Shown here one piece after another: positions 17,101 to 25,623 of a DNA stretch of 46,963 bases. This stretch comes from Myxococcota bacterium (lineage in GTDB: Bacteria; Myxococcota; UBA4151): NCBI GenBank assembly GCA_036338695.1, contig JAYZBQ010000039.1, positions 1-46,963 on the forward strand. Reading direction: 5' to 3'. The notes below the pieces were generated by a model. The model had not been told where the DNA came from. It was given only the letters and a program-made list of their open reading frames with translations, and searched no databases. The translations under genes were made by a program, and so were the position numbers. Position 1 is the first letter of the stretch; every line of letters begins with the position of its first letter.

Positions 17101-19804
17101 GGTCGTCGTGCGCAGTGATGGTCACCAGCGAGGTGGTGTTGGCGAGCTCAGCCGCCGCTTGACCGCTCAGGACGCCGTCTCGCGAGATGGACAGCCCGTC
17201 GGGCAAGCCGGTGGCGGTAAAGTGAACCCTGTCGCCGTCGGGGTCGATGGCTTCGAAGCGGTGCTCATAGTCGCTCTGGACCGGAACCACCAAGCGCTCT
17301 TGGGGGCCGAGCTGAGGCGCGCTGTTCGGCGGACCGATCGCCAGGCTCAAGATGCCCTCGGTGACCGCCGCCGGCGTGCCGTCATCGGTGGCGGTGACGC
17401 GCACGTCGAAGCGGGCGAGCAGCGCCACGGGTGGGGTATAGCTGAGCGTCTCCCCGTTCCACACCGCACCGGGTGGGAGCCCCTCGACGCGGATCGTGAC
17501 CTCGTCGCCGTCGGGGTCGGTTGCGTGGAGACGTCGCTCGAAGACCTGCCCCGCTCGAAGCGCGGCGGCTTCAAGCCCCTCAAGCGTCGGCGGTCGGTTG
17601 GTCTGGGCAATGGGTAGCGGAACGAGCAGCTCGGTGAGCCCTTGCCCATCGGTGGCTTCGAGCAGCAGCGAAGTCGCTCGTTGCGTCCCGAATGGGACCG
17701 TCCAAGTAAAGCGACCGCGGCCTTCGCCGAGGTCCTCGAAACGCCCGCCCATGGGCGTCGTGGCGCTGAGCCGGATGGGATCATTCTGCATGTCATAAGC
17801 GCGCACATCGAGCGTGAAGGTTTCGCCCTCGACGAGCGGTTCCACCGGGTCGACTGGCGCAAAGAACGGAGGCTGATTGCCGGTGAGCCAGAAGTCGAGC
17901 CGCTCACGCTGACCAGGGGCTAAGTCGATCGGCACTGGCTGCGGCTCCGGGTAACCCGGCACCTCGGCGACGACGCGATAAGACCCTGGGCGGATCAGCG
18001 GCAGGACGTAGCTGCCGGTCAAGCCCACCTCGCCGACCTGCATACGCCCACCCAGCGGGGTCTGCAGCACGACTCGTGCGCCCGGGATGCCCCGATCGGT
18101 GTCACGGTCCTTGACCGTGCCGCGGATCTCGGCGGGCTCGTCCGAGAGGACGCCCACGAGCACGGAGCCCGTCTGTTCGTTCTCGCCGCGCCGCGCCGTG
18201 AAGTGCACCAGGTAGACACCGTCAGGAAGGCGATTGCCTGCTTGGTCTCGCCCGTCAAAGGCCTGCACGTGCATACCGGGTTGGATCTCACCCTCGATGA
18301 GGCTGCGGTGTACCGAGTCGGCGCTGCAGCGCATCACGCCCGGCTCTCCGGCGCTGTCCTCGCAGGTCGAGCCTTCCGAGACGCAGACCTGAGCCGCGTT
18401 CTCTTGCGTACACGGCAAGCCCGCTCGGCGCGGGACCCCTTGCTCGTCGTCTTTGGTGGCGTGGACCTGCATCGTGATCTGGGCGTTGGCTTGTCCGAAG
18501 ACCTCATACTCGATGAGCGCGTTCGTGGCGTCGGCGTTGAAGGGGTTCGGGGTGACCGTCCCGAGCAGACCGACGTAGTCACCGACCAACACCACCGATT
18601 CGCGGCTGTCAGCGTAGCCTTCTGAGTCGATCCCCACGACCCGGATCCGATGCTGACCCGGCGTCACGTTGCGTAAATTCCAGCGGTACTCGATCCCGGC
18701 GTTGCGCGAGCGCGCCACCGGGATATTGTCGATGAACAAAGTCAGTTCGTAGTCGAGGCTGTCCTCAGAGATGCCGTCGGTGGAGATCACCGTGTGCGGC
18801 TCGCCGTCGTCGAACGTGCTGCCGTTCTCGGGGGTGAGGTGACCGATGTAAAAGACCGGAATACGGCTCAGGTAGATCACGGGGTTGGTCGACACGGAGA
18901 CGTCGTTGGAGAACAATTGCCTCGGCCACCATCCGCTGCGCCCGTTTTGATTGATGAGCCACGCCGTCGCCGCTTGCAGCGCAGGGTGACCGACGAGCAT
19001 GCCCGAGTCGAGCAACGCGTTGCCCACCAATCCGGTCGAGAACGCATCGCAGCCGGCGCCGACGCTGAACCCCCAGCACGAACCGTTGCGTTGGCGGGCG
19101 AGGAGCGCGTTGCGCAGCGCCGCCATTTTGGGGTCACGCGCCGAGCGCCCCGTCGCCGCCAGTCCGATCAATTCATAGGTCGTCTCGAGTAAGCCGCTGT
19201 CATTGTGCCAGGCGGCGGGTTCGGTAGCAGCGAGGAAGCGGCCGAGATCCGCCATGCCGGTGCGGTAGCGCATCTCGCCGGTTTGGTTGAACAACCACTG
19301 GCTGATCCGCGCCGCCGACATGGTCGGCATCACGCGCGAGGGGATGCTGATGATGCCGCTGTTGTGATCGTTGGGCGGCAGCCCGCCGTCGTTGCCACGC
19401 TGCGCAAGCAGCCAGTTTCCAAGGTTAGCGATGGCTTGATCTCGGACATCGAGCTGGCTGTCCTCACCGTAATAACTCAGCGCCCACGCCACCCACGCGC
19501 TGGTCTCGATCGGATACGTCGAGCCACCGTGGACGATCGAACCGTTTCCTATCTGTTGGTTCCAACCGTACTGTAAGACACGGTTGGCTTGTGCCTCGTT
19601 CGGCGTGAAGCCGCTTACTTCAGCGGCGCCTACCGCCGCCATCACCTGTCCGGTCACGTGGCACGAGATGCAGCCTTGTCCATTCGCTGCGCTCAACGCG
19701 ACGTTGAGCGCTCGCTGTGTGACTTGCCGGCGGGTCTCCCCGGGCGCTGCCGTTGCGGTCTGTGCGACGAGGGCGAGACACGCCAAGCTAGATAGTGTGC
19801 GCAT
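11156..19804 (-). CDS. Giant (2882 aa) multidomain surface protein: signal peptide, prenyltransferase/squalene-cyclase-like alpha-alpha barrel, Ig/FlgD-like, carboxypeptidase-regulatory-like, cadherin/He_PIG-like and PKD domains, internal MYXO-CTERM-like plus lipoprotein-like signal, Ig-like repeats, TSP3-like Ca-binding repeats, C-terminal vWA
   Basis: WLLAQRGNDGG / LLARQRNGSCWG / WLINQNGRSGWW (QW-like motifs); FDGRDQAGNRLPDGVY (FlgD); NxPP...ATDPDGD...GLPxG (He_PIG); DASFSFDPEG (PKD); DTDGDGxPDxxDxDSD repeats; DFIFVVDGSGSM (MIDAS). Confidence 0.85.
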   Translation of the reverse strand: MRTLSSLACLALVAQTATAAPGETRRQVTQRALNVALSAANGQGCISCHVTGQVMAAVGAAEVSGFTPNEAQANRVLQYGWNQQIGNGSIVHGGSTYPIETSAWVAWALSYYGEDSQLDVRDQAIANLGNWLLAQRGNDGGLPPNDHNSGIISIPSRVMPTMSAARISQWLFNQTGEMRYRTGMADLGRFLAATEPAAWHNDSGLLETTYELIGLAATGRSARDPKMAALRNALLARQRNGSCWGFSVGAGCDAFSTGLVGNALLDSGMLVGHPALQAATAWLINQNGRSGWWPRQLFSNDVSVSTNPVIYLSRIPVFYIGHLTPENGSTFDDGEPHTVISTDGISEDSLDYELTLFIDNIPVARSRNAGIEYRWNLRNVTPGQHRIRVVGIDSEGYADSRESVVLVGDYVGLLGTVTPNPFNADATNALIEYEVFGQANAQITMQVHATKDDEQGVPRRAGLPCTQENAAQVCVSEGSTCEDSAGEPGVMRCSADSVHRSLIEGEIQPGMHVQAFDGRDQAGNRLPDGVYLVHFTARRGENEQTGSVLVGVLSDEPAEIRGTVKDRDTDRGIPGARVVLQTPLGGRMQVGEVGLTGSYVLPLIRPGSYRVVAEVPGYPEPQPVPIDLAPGQRERLDFWLTGNQPPFFAPVDPVEPLVEGETFTLDVRAYDMQNDPIRLSATTPMGGRFEDLGEGRGRFTWTVPFGTQRATSLLLEATDGQGLTELLVPLPIAQTNRPPTLEGLEAAALRAGQVFERRLHATDPDGDEVTIRVEGLPPGAVWNGETLSYTPPVALLARFDVRVTATDDGTPAAVTEGILSLAIGPPNSAPQLGPQERLVVPVQSDYEHRFEAIDPDGDRVHFTATGLPDGLSISRDGVLSGQAAAELANTTSLVTITAHDDHRPAGSKSIEVKLVFVAPDNEPFIELPERIEVTPGQVWRHRVRFGAPQGREHLRLRVMIGPVGLDLMGDGETLRWAVPEDFDGQTPLRLRLMGTRPPVSANAVIVSVEGNLPPVIKIEGEPAFDAAGSVTIDASFSFDPEGAQLVYEWNPAAGLSVIDDDGAGVVRLQRERADANRVVLVVSDGTHRVSQTIRIGEPVGGGVPDGCSTSGASTWLALLAALIVLGRRRRLALGALTLIATQACSFMDAPAPPAQPLSTLIPGLIELSVPDASGVVTVQGERGAAEPEAKVRITAVGDPVEVEADASGAFVITIEAGDGDALSARQVIDGVASSPVVLNVPVRAPKGMAWLEDDGSGGDELVIRPKLLADATARVELSTGWVELPDADADGRIALPLAEGSLQAGDPITIEQTLAGKPSRSGSVYVMDAASSDGVAVTPSASESGTLWVSGPPTQGRSGAFVLVTNMSIESLPQGRVRAHEDGSFGPLQMPGRNGDKLRIEVVAEMDESSFDVLAPINSLRVRLVWSADGSLVVTGSPGTAHPGAEIQVKLADSQQEISATADEVGGFRVAVVASAGEVLQIRQGTAAGEVLTWSAPTRKRAPQTGLAYPKDQLRTRWQNGELSVSGIGCDIPGASGVTVSIVGLGGDAIPAEPASSAVLDETGGFEVVAPGVTAGDRVVVRVVLGGQQSEPALLTVPSPGTSIAAGETTLTVGPSATGDPLWRTIGLAPGSYEPGTKVRLSAGVQEADDGFEGTRGSAGGHRPSASGWTVTVGADGGCGQRLIKLHAGVSIELIAGDADPVYSEVTGLDPETIAITMPNEAGDVTIVGAPGAAPQGSVIEADVEGGVSVRRETGDDGAFSLTIPGQTGQSISLKLDLPRCGCQSVTLILEVPGRGDPSATLPPLTHQLLQTWRLPQGVHIGGDAGTTEPGTAILAMAGFQAVRTVADRTGAFELRVFAEPGAPVTLRAQRGGARSDAVSLCAPEVAGLHGLAMTACAGRFQLSGRPGSLAPAETITWTRTDVTPQVATAQVVASNRAPYVATWRIPESARLALTLSDATVVANPTAPPRNDSPLRVIGPFADRYMLYAAPGTMNGVNTIDLWRGLGAQQRFLAQARRGQNGSVQHLFESVQASVNVYETRSGTKHFPFLLRAGLSVEVPLMRGGWSTERLGRTSGRLHYTGTELTTDDRVVIFHPETITQLAETQPTPSAGEEIPEGQVELQVDFDVSVPDANDHGGAQVWLVIFRPDGVTRPYRLYIHKGGIIPESADVDGDRLVDNLRDTDGDGVPDLADTDSDNDGIPDEREAGDGETPRDTDEDGTPDYRETDSDGDGLSDRFEAGDDPNAPRDTDGDSIPDYLDDDSDGNGITDVDERGQGDEPADFDGDGVADLLDTDDDNDGVSDAVEIGEDPSNPVISVEGGNPDYRNPCYPRTPIALSTRPVSQSDLVVALPEWIDADSAGPLSGDLPPVGEGCERPDLDAELVRRSAGLRYRNAEGTVLGATLARHLPADLDELPGWQQPIQFIETALTKARETGLVTQGPGARRLTIGGHPAATVSIQVVVPSTASEVVLERLASHLLADCFTNEEDQVVCPPRALLARDPAGPEGTRFELTLTARLRCAGKLDLQLGVSLLDGDAAAQALAAARSRMLGQGSIWAESGAQLEKVCVDRTYGNAGSQVDFIFVVDGSGSMEEEQAALARAVNHLQTAMSQAGVNWRAGVTTMEADAEVRGGDGQLLGGGFTSNVNTLRTLVTSVGTSGSGREYGMRALRRSLQRASEDERDGSAFRLRRDVPVAFIVLTDTEDQSVRQQGCRETDANGDGRSDDADCVDRAIQPTLSLLRGEMGGLEAPQGLDRLARVFAITSHPNDACLEAESYGWGWRAIAEESGGSVGNICGANLDYTELLRRMGEQAINVLPELGDGRALIESSIQITTGSEDARITRDPTLWRMDASTHRLRLLDAARPAPGQQLGYSGSIWTTP
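12880..13300 (-). repeat. Thrombospondin type 3-like Asp-rich Ca-binding repeats within the giant protein
   Basis: About 4-5 units of DTDGDGxPDYxDxDSDxDGxxDxxE; boundaries approximate. Confidence 0.75.
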
Positions 19805-19940
19805 GTGAGTACTCCAAAAGCCGCTGGGCTATACCGAACAATCGCCGATAACGACAAGCACCTGCAGCGATCGGATCGATGTTTCGGTGTGGTGTTGATT
19901 TCAAAGCGTTGCTAAGGCGGAGTGGGACCGGAGACGTACC

Positions 19941-22900
19941 ATGGAACAGCCCAAAAATCGCGTTCGCTTTGTCACCGCAGCTTCTTTGTTTGACGGTCAC
20001 GACGCAGCGATCAACATCATGCGCAGGGTCTTGCAGTCCCAAGGAGCCGAAGTCATCCACCTCGGGCACAACCGGAGCGTAGCTGAGGTTGTGGACGCGG
20101 CGATCATGGAGGACGCCCAAGGGATCGGCCTGTCCAGCTATCAGGGCGGACACCTCGAGTACTTCAAGTACATGGTGGATCTGCTTCGCCAGCGCGGGCG
20201 GGGTGACATCAAGGTCTATGGCGGCGGCGGCGGCGTCATCGTCCCGAGCGAGATCCAAGAGCTGCACGACTACGGCGTGGCGCGTATCTTCAGCCCCGAT
20301 GATGGTCGAGCGATGGGGCTCGACGGGATGATCGCCAGCATGATCGCTGCGTGTGACCGCAACCCAGCCGATGACGTCCAGGCTGCGCTCGCCGAGCTCG
20401 AGGCGGCGATGTCCGAGGGGCGAGCTGTACAGGATCTCCATCTGGCGCGTCTGCTCTCGCTGCTCGAGGCGCCTGAGGGGCAACCCGAGCAAGCCGCCTT
20501 GCGGAGCCGGATCGCTGAGCTCATCGAGGCGGGTGGATTCGCAGAGCCCGGGCGAGAACGCTTCGTCCCCACGGTCGGGTTCACCGGTACCGGCGGCTCG
20601 GGCAAGTCCTCGCTGGTGGATGAGTTTTGCCGACGGGTTCTGGACCAAGCCCCGGGTTGCCGTGTGGCGGTGATCTCGGTGGACCCGTCGCGCCGGCGGA
20701 CGGGCGGCGCCTTACTCGGTGACCGAATTCGTATGAACAGCCTCGGGCTGCACGCTGGTGAGGTCAATCAACCCTTGTTCATGCGCTCCCAGGCGACGCG
20801 GCAAGCACATCAGGCGACCAGTCAGGCGCTCGCCGACTCCATCGCGCTGTGTCGGCTCTCAGGTTTTGATCTGATCATCGCCGAGACAGCGGGGATCGGT
20901 CAGTCGGACTCGGCCATCACTGAGCTCGTTGATTACAGCGTGTACGTGATGACCCCGGAGTATGGTGCGGCGAGTCAGCTCGAGAAGATCGACATGCTCG
21001 ACTTCGCGGACGCGGTCGTGCTCAATAAATATGAAAAGCGTGGCGCCGAAGATGCGCTGCGCGAGGTCGCCAAACAGGTCCAGCGCAATCGCGGTCAGTT
21101 CCATGACGACCCGGCTACGATGCCCGTCTTTCCTTGCATCGCGAGTCAGTTTCACGATTTAGGCGTCAACCGCGTGTTCAACCACGTGCTCGATGCGCTG
21201 GTCGATCGGTTTGACGCAGCCTGGGCGGCGCAGGCGAAGCGCCTTCGGGCGGGTGAGCCCGAGCGCCACCAGCTGATCCCGAGCAAGGCGGTGCGGTATC
21301 TCGCCGAGATCGCTGATGGGGCTCGAGACTACAGAGCCTGGTCCGAGGCACAGGCGGAGCAGGCGGGGCGCGCTCAGCACCTGAGCGCATCCGCCGAGCT
21401 GGTCGACGACCCGGCTCTACGAGCGGACCTTCTGGCGCGGGCAAGCCAAGCTCGTGAGCGGCTCGACGTGGACGTTCGCCAGCAGCTCGATGATTGGCCG
21501 AAGCAGCGCGCACGGTACCAAGAAGACGAGCTGGTCTCGGTGGTGCGCAACAAGGAGCTGCGCAACCCGCTCTTCGTCGAGACGCTCTCGGGCACCAAGC
21601 TGCCACGCGTCGCGCTGCCACGCTTTGCCTCGGACGTCGACACCACGCGGTTCTTGCTCAACGAAGGGCTCCCCGGTCATTTCCCGTACACCGCAGGGGT
21701 CTTTGAGCTCAAACGGCAAGGTGAGGACCCGACGCGCATGTTTGCGGGTGAGGGGACACCTGAGCGCACCAACAAGCGTTTTCACTACTTGAGCTCGGAC
21801 AGCGCCGCCAAGCGCCTGTCGACTGCGTTTGATTCGGTGACCCTCTATGGCGAGGACCCGCACGAGCGCCCCGACATCTACGGCAAGATCGGTAATTCGG
21901 GTGTCTCGGTCTGTACGGTGGACGATGCGCGCAAGCTCTACAGCGGGTTTGACCTGTGCGCGCCCACGACATCGGTCTCGATGACGATCAACGGCCCTGC
22001 GCCGATGGTGCTTGGGTTCTTCTTCAACGCAGCGGTCGATCAGCAGATCGAGCGGCATCTTCGTGAGACGGGTGAGCTCGAGGCGGCGCAGCAGCAGATC
22101 GCTGCGCAGTGGCGGGCGAGCGGTCAGCCGCTGCCTCAATATGTGGGCGACGACAAACCGACCGGCGATCGCGCCTACGGGCTCGGATTGCTCGGCGGAC
22201 GCAGCGTCGACCTCGTCAGCCCGGAGGTCTACGCCCGCATTCAAGCCGACACCCTGACCAAGGTGCGCGGGACGGTTCAGGCGGATATCCTGAAAGAGGA
22301 CCAGGCGCAGAACACCTGCATTTTCTCGACCGAGTTTGCGCTGCGCATGATGGGTGACATGCAGGCTTACTTCGTCGATCACAAGGTGCGGAACTTCTAC
22401 TCGGTGAGCATCTCTGGCTACCACATCGCAGAAGCCGGCGCGAATCCGATCACTCAGTTGGCGTTGACCCTCTCAAATGGTTTCACGTTCGTCGAATATT
22501 ACCTCGCTCGTGGGATGCACATCGACGCCTTTGCGCCAAACTTGAGCTTCTTCTTCAGCAACGGGATCGACGCCGAATATTCGGTGATTGGCCGGGTGGC
22601 GCGCCGCATCTGGGCGGTCGCAATGAAGCACCGCTACGGCGCCAGCGAGCGCTCCCAAAAGCTCAAATATCACATCCAGACCTCTGGCCGCTCGCTCCAC
22701 GCACAGGAGATCGACTTCAACGACATCCGCACGACGCTCCAGGCGCTCTATGCGATCTATGATAACTGCAACAGCCTGCACACCAACGCCTACGACGAGG
22801 CGATCACGACGCCGACCGAGAGCTCGGTACGGCGCGCGCTGGCGATCCAGCTGATCATCAACCGTGAGCTGGGCTTGGCGCGCAACGAGAACCCGACTCA

Positions 22901-23369
22901 AGGCGCCTTCATCATCGACGAGCTGACCGACCTCGTGGAGGAGGCGGTCCTGTGTGAGTTTGAGCGTTTGAACGATCGCGGGGGTGTCCTCGGCGCCATG
23001 GAGCGGATGTATCAGCGCGGTAAGATCCAAGAAGAGAGCCTTTTTTACGAGGCGCTCAAGATGAACGGGGACCTCCCGATCATCGGCGTCAACACCTTCC
23101 TCGCCCCCGATGGAGGCGACGCGGCCCCTGAGCAGATCGAATTGATCCGCTCCACCGAGGAAGAGAAGCAACGACAGATCGCCAACCTGCGTGCCTGGCA
23201 AGCCTGTCACGGCGAGGCGGCGCAGCAGGGTCTGGATGAGCTCGCCGAGGTGGCGAAGGCGGGGGGTAATCTGTTCACGGCGCTGATGGCGACGACCCAG
23301 GTGGCGAGCCTTGGGCAGATCTCCAACGCACTGTACCGCGTCGGGGGACAATATCGCCGCTCGATGTAA
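19941..23369 (+). CDS. icmF: Fused isobutyryl-CoA mutase / MeaB-type GTPase chaperone (IcmF)
   Basis: N-terminal B12-binding domain (SLFDGHDAAINIMRR), GTPase (GFTGTGGSGKSS, ETAGIGQ, NKYE), mutase barrel (DPTRMFAGEG, RLSTAFDSVTLYG, GTVQADILKEDQAQ), C-terminal GGQYRRSM; 1142 aa. Confidence 0.95.
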   Translation: MEQPKNRVRFVTAASLFDGHDAAINIMRRVLQSQGAEVIHLGHNRSVAEVVDAAIMEDAQGIGLSSYQGGHLEYFKYMVDLLRQRGRGDIKVYGGGGGVIVPSEIQELHDYGVARIFSPDDGRAMGLDGMIASMIAACDRNPADDVQAALAELEAAMSEGRAVQDLHLARLLSLLEAPEGQPEQAALRSRIAELIEAGGFAEPGRERFVPTVGFTGTGGSGKSSLVDEFCRRVLDQAPGCRVAVISVDPSRRRTGGALLGDRIRMNSLGLHAGEVNQPLFMRSQATRQAHQATSQALADSIALCRLSGFDLIIAETAGIGQSDSAITELVDYSVYVMTPEYGAASQLEKIDMLDFADAVVLNKYEKRGAEDALREVAKQVQRNRGQFHDDPATMPVFPCIASQFHDLGVNRVFNHVLDALVDRFDAAWAAQAKRLRAGEPERHQLIPSKAVRYLAEIADGARDYRAWSEAQAEQAGRAQHLSASAELVDDPALRADLLARASQARERLDVDVRQQLDDWPKQRARYQEDELVSVVRNKELRNPLFVETLSGTKLPRVALPRFASDVDTTRFLLNEGLPGHFPYTAGVFELKRQGEDPTRMFAGEGTPERTNKRFHYLSSDSAAKRLSTAFDSVTLYGEDPHERPDIYGKIGNSGVSVCTVDDARKLYSGFDLCAPTTSVSMTINGPAPMVLGFFFNAAVDQQIERHLRETGELEAAQQQIAAQWRASGQPLPQYVGDDKPTGDRAYGLGLLGGRSVDLVSPEVYARIQADTLTKVRGTVQADILKEDQAQNTCIFSTEFALRMMGDMQAYFVDHKVRNFYSVSISGYHIAEAGANPITQLALTLSNGFTFVEYYLARGMHIDAFAPNLSFFFSNGIDAEYSVIGRVARRIWAVAMKHRYGASERSQKLKYHIQTSGRSLHAQEIDFNDIRTTLQALYAIYDNCNSLHTNAYDEAITTPTESSVRRALAIQLIINRELGLARNENPTQGAFIIDELTDLVEEAVLCEFERLNDRGGVLGAMERMYQRGKIQEESLFYEALKMNGDLPIIGVNTFLAPDGGDAAPEQIELIRSTEEEKQRQIANLRAWQACHGEAAQQGLDELAEVAKAGGNLFTALMATTQVASLGQISNALYRVGGQYRRSM

Positions 23370-23372
23370 CGC

Positions 23373-24569
23373 TTAGTCGTCGAGGTCCTGGAAGTCGGAG
23401 AGCGCCGCGCGCGCCCACTCGCCCGGGTCCTCGTCGATCTGCGTGATGAGGTCCTCGTCCGCCGGGGCATGGTCGCCATCGACAGGGTGGGCATCGGCGG
23501 CTTCCGCTGCGGGTGAGGGGGCGTCTTCAGCGACAGCTTGGACGGAGGCGGGCAGCTGCTCCAGCTCACCGCTCGCCGGTGGCGCATCTTCTTCATCGAG
23601 AAGCCCGGGGCTGAGCTCTTCCTGCGCGCCCTGCGCGTGTCCGGTATCGGTGAACTCATGAGGGATGGCGACGAGCGTGTCCTCGGCCCGGATCTCGGAT
23701 TCGTCAACGACCTCCGCCTCCTCGATCGCTTCCGCCGAGCTCCCCCCTAAGGCGTCATGATACGCCTCCAGGCTCACCTGTTGCGCGAGCACTAAGCGGT
23801 CACCGATGAGGAACCGGTCTTCGTGCTGCACCTGCGCCGCGCCGCGCACCTCGACAAAGGTCCCATTGCGCGAGTCGAGGTCATGAATCGTGGTCTCGCC
23901 GGCTTCATCGCAGCTGAGCTCAAAATGTAGACCGCTCATGGTCCGAGCACGCGGTAGCCGCCAATCGCCCTCTCGGCGACCGATCCGGAAACACGGCTGA
24001 TCCAGTAGGCGTGACGAGGCGACCTGTCCATGTCGGTTGTAGCGCAGCAAGCGCCCCCAGCTGCGCAGCGAGGGTCCGAAGGAGGGGTGCGGGAGTGGAA
24101 CGACCGGCTCCACTCCAAGCCGATCGATCAGCTGAAAGCGGAACAGTTGGCCGCCTGCCCTAATCAGGGCATTGTGACCGATGGGCTGGTGATCGGTGAG
24201 GGGCTTAAAGAGCCCATTTCGGGTCGACTTATCCTCGAGGCTGAGCTCTCCGTCGCGCAGCCGGACGAGGACGTGTTGCGGGCTGACCGCGCGGTCTCCA
24301 TCGATCTGGATGTCAGCGTTCGGCGCGGAGCCGACCACCTGCGTGCCGGGGACCAGCGCAGCGGTGGATTCGATCGCTCCATCGGGGTCCAGCAGGCTGA
24401 GCAACCATTGCTCACCGCCAACAGGTGCCGCTGAAAGGCTGGCTCCGCACAAGCCACAGAAGCGGTGGTGCGCTGGGACGCTGGCTCCGCACTCCCGGCA
24501 GATGACCTCATCGTTCCCCGTGCCTTCATCTTCCGAAGGTGCCACGATGGAGCTCGGCTCGTCAGTCAT
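23373..24569 (-). CDS. Zinc-ribbon + tandem FHA domain protein with acidic C-terminal tail
   Basis: Likely start ATG 24569 (MTDEPSS), overlapping the upstream stop. CRECG...FCGLCG; FHA1 VVGS..VSPQH..TRNG; FHA2 IGRR..MSGLH..SRNGTFV; Asp/Glu-rich tail. Confidence 0.8.
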   Translation of the reverse strand: MTDEPSSIVAPSEDEGTGNDEVICRECGASVPAHHRFCGLCGASLSAAPVGGEQWLLSLLDPDGAIESTAALVPGTQVVGSAPNADIQIDGDRAVSPQHVLVRLRDGELSLEDKSTRNGLFKPLTDHQPIGHNALIRAGGQLFRFQLIDRLGVEPVVPLPHPSFGPSLRSWGRLLRYNRHGQVASSRLLDQPCFRIGRREGDWRLPRARTMSGLHFELSCDEAGETTIHDLDSRNGTFVEVRGAAQVQHEDRFLIGDRLVLAQQVSLEAYHDALGGSSAEAIEEAEVVDESEIRAEDTLVAIPHEFTDTGHAQGAQEELSPGLLDEEDAPPASGELEQLPASVQAVAEDAPSPAAEAADAHPVDGDHAPADEDLITQIDEDPGEWARAALSDFQDLDD

Positions 24570-25527
24570 CGAACTGCTCCAGTTGATAGATCGCGTCGCC
24601 GATCCAGAGTTGCGACGCGTTGGCGATGGTTTGCCCTGCTTGCGCTTGAACCCAGAGCTGGTGCTCGGGCTCCGGGTGGAGGTGGAGCTCATCGCTCGCA
24701 TCGAGCGTGCCATGGCATCCCTCGACCAGCTCGTCGCGCATGCTCAGGTCGCACTGCTGATCTCCGAGGGTCATCTGTCCGATCAGCGGCAGCATCTCCC
24801 CGACCGAGCCGTTGGGCAGCAGCCGGTGAATATACCACGGGGCGCGTCGAAGCGCAGGCGCTGCCAGTCGGGTCTCGACGTCGTCTCGTCCCGCAACGCC
24901 GGCGCGTGGATAGGTGCCGAGCGGCGAGCGCGCGACCATCAAAAGTTGCTGCCCAAGGCGGATCGTCTGCATATCGTTGAGTTTGACCGCCGTCTGAGGC
25001 TGGATATGGACCCCGAAGCCTTCGTACTCGCCGACCTTGAGCGTGGCGCCTGCACCGGTCTCGACCTGCACCAACGCTCGCTGACGCTGACGCGTAACCA
25101 CCGCCAGCCCTTGCGGATCCAGGGTGAGGCGTGAGGAGCCTGCGGGAAGCTCAAGCGACTGTCCCGGGAACCCGCGCAGAGACCGGATCAGATTGAGGCG
25201 CAGAGAGGAGCGGCTGACACCGACCTTGAGGAGCAGGTGGCCACAGGAATTACAGACATGATGATTGACGCCGACCGGGGCATTGCACGCGGGGCAAAAT
25301 CGCTCGCTGTGCGCCGTCACACCACCGAACATGGGCGACAGATCGATGGTATCGGTGGCGCTCCTTGGCGGCGCAAGAGCGTGATCAACCGGCTCACTTT
25401 CAAGGTTGCCCACCAACTCGCTGAGCGCCTCGCGCAGCTTATCCTCTTGTTGCCCGGCATCGGCGCACGCAGGCCGTGTGCAATAGCCCAGAGGCATCGG
25501 TGCTCCGCATTGTTGGCAGCGTTGCAT
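24562..25527 (-). CDS. Double zinc-ribbon protein with degenerate FHA-like C-terminal region
   Basis: CQQCG...CTRPAC and FCPACN...VCNSCG; IRLGQQLL and LWIGDAIYQL resemble terminal FHA strands. Confidence 0.65.
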   Translation of the reverse strand: MQRCQQCGAPMPLGYCTRPACADAGQQEDKLREALSELVGNLESEPVDHALAPPRSATDTIDLSPMFGGVTAHSERFCPACNAPVGVNHHVCNSCGHLLLKVGVSRSSLRLNLIRSLRGFPGQSLELPAGSSRLTLDPQGLAVVTRQRQRALVQVETGAGATLKVGEYEGFGVHIQPQTAVKLNDMQTIRLGQQLLMVARSPLGTYPRAGVAGRDDVETRLAAPALRRAPWYIHRLLPNGSVGEMLPLIGQMTLGDQQCDLSMRDELVEGCHGTLDASDELHLHPEPEHQLWVQAQAGQTIANASQLWIGDAIYQLEQFDD

Positions 25528-25623
25528 GAGACTCCAGAAATTGCCGTGGCGGAATTGTCAGGCTATGGAGGCTCGTACAAAGAGCGGGCATAGTTTGTCC
25601 ATGCAGCCGCGAAGGGAAGATCC

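Noticed and set aside
18880..19750. Functional squalene-hopene cyclase or terpene biosynthetic cluster
   Set aside because: Single secreted barrel, no DxDD catalytic motif, and no terpene pathway genes nearby
19805..19940. Cobalamin riboswitch upstream of icmF
   Set aside because: The 136-bp divergent region is short and shows no recognisable B12-box or core motifs
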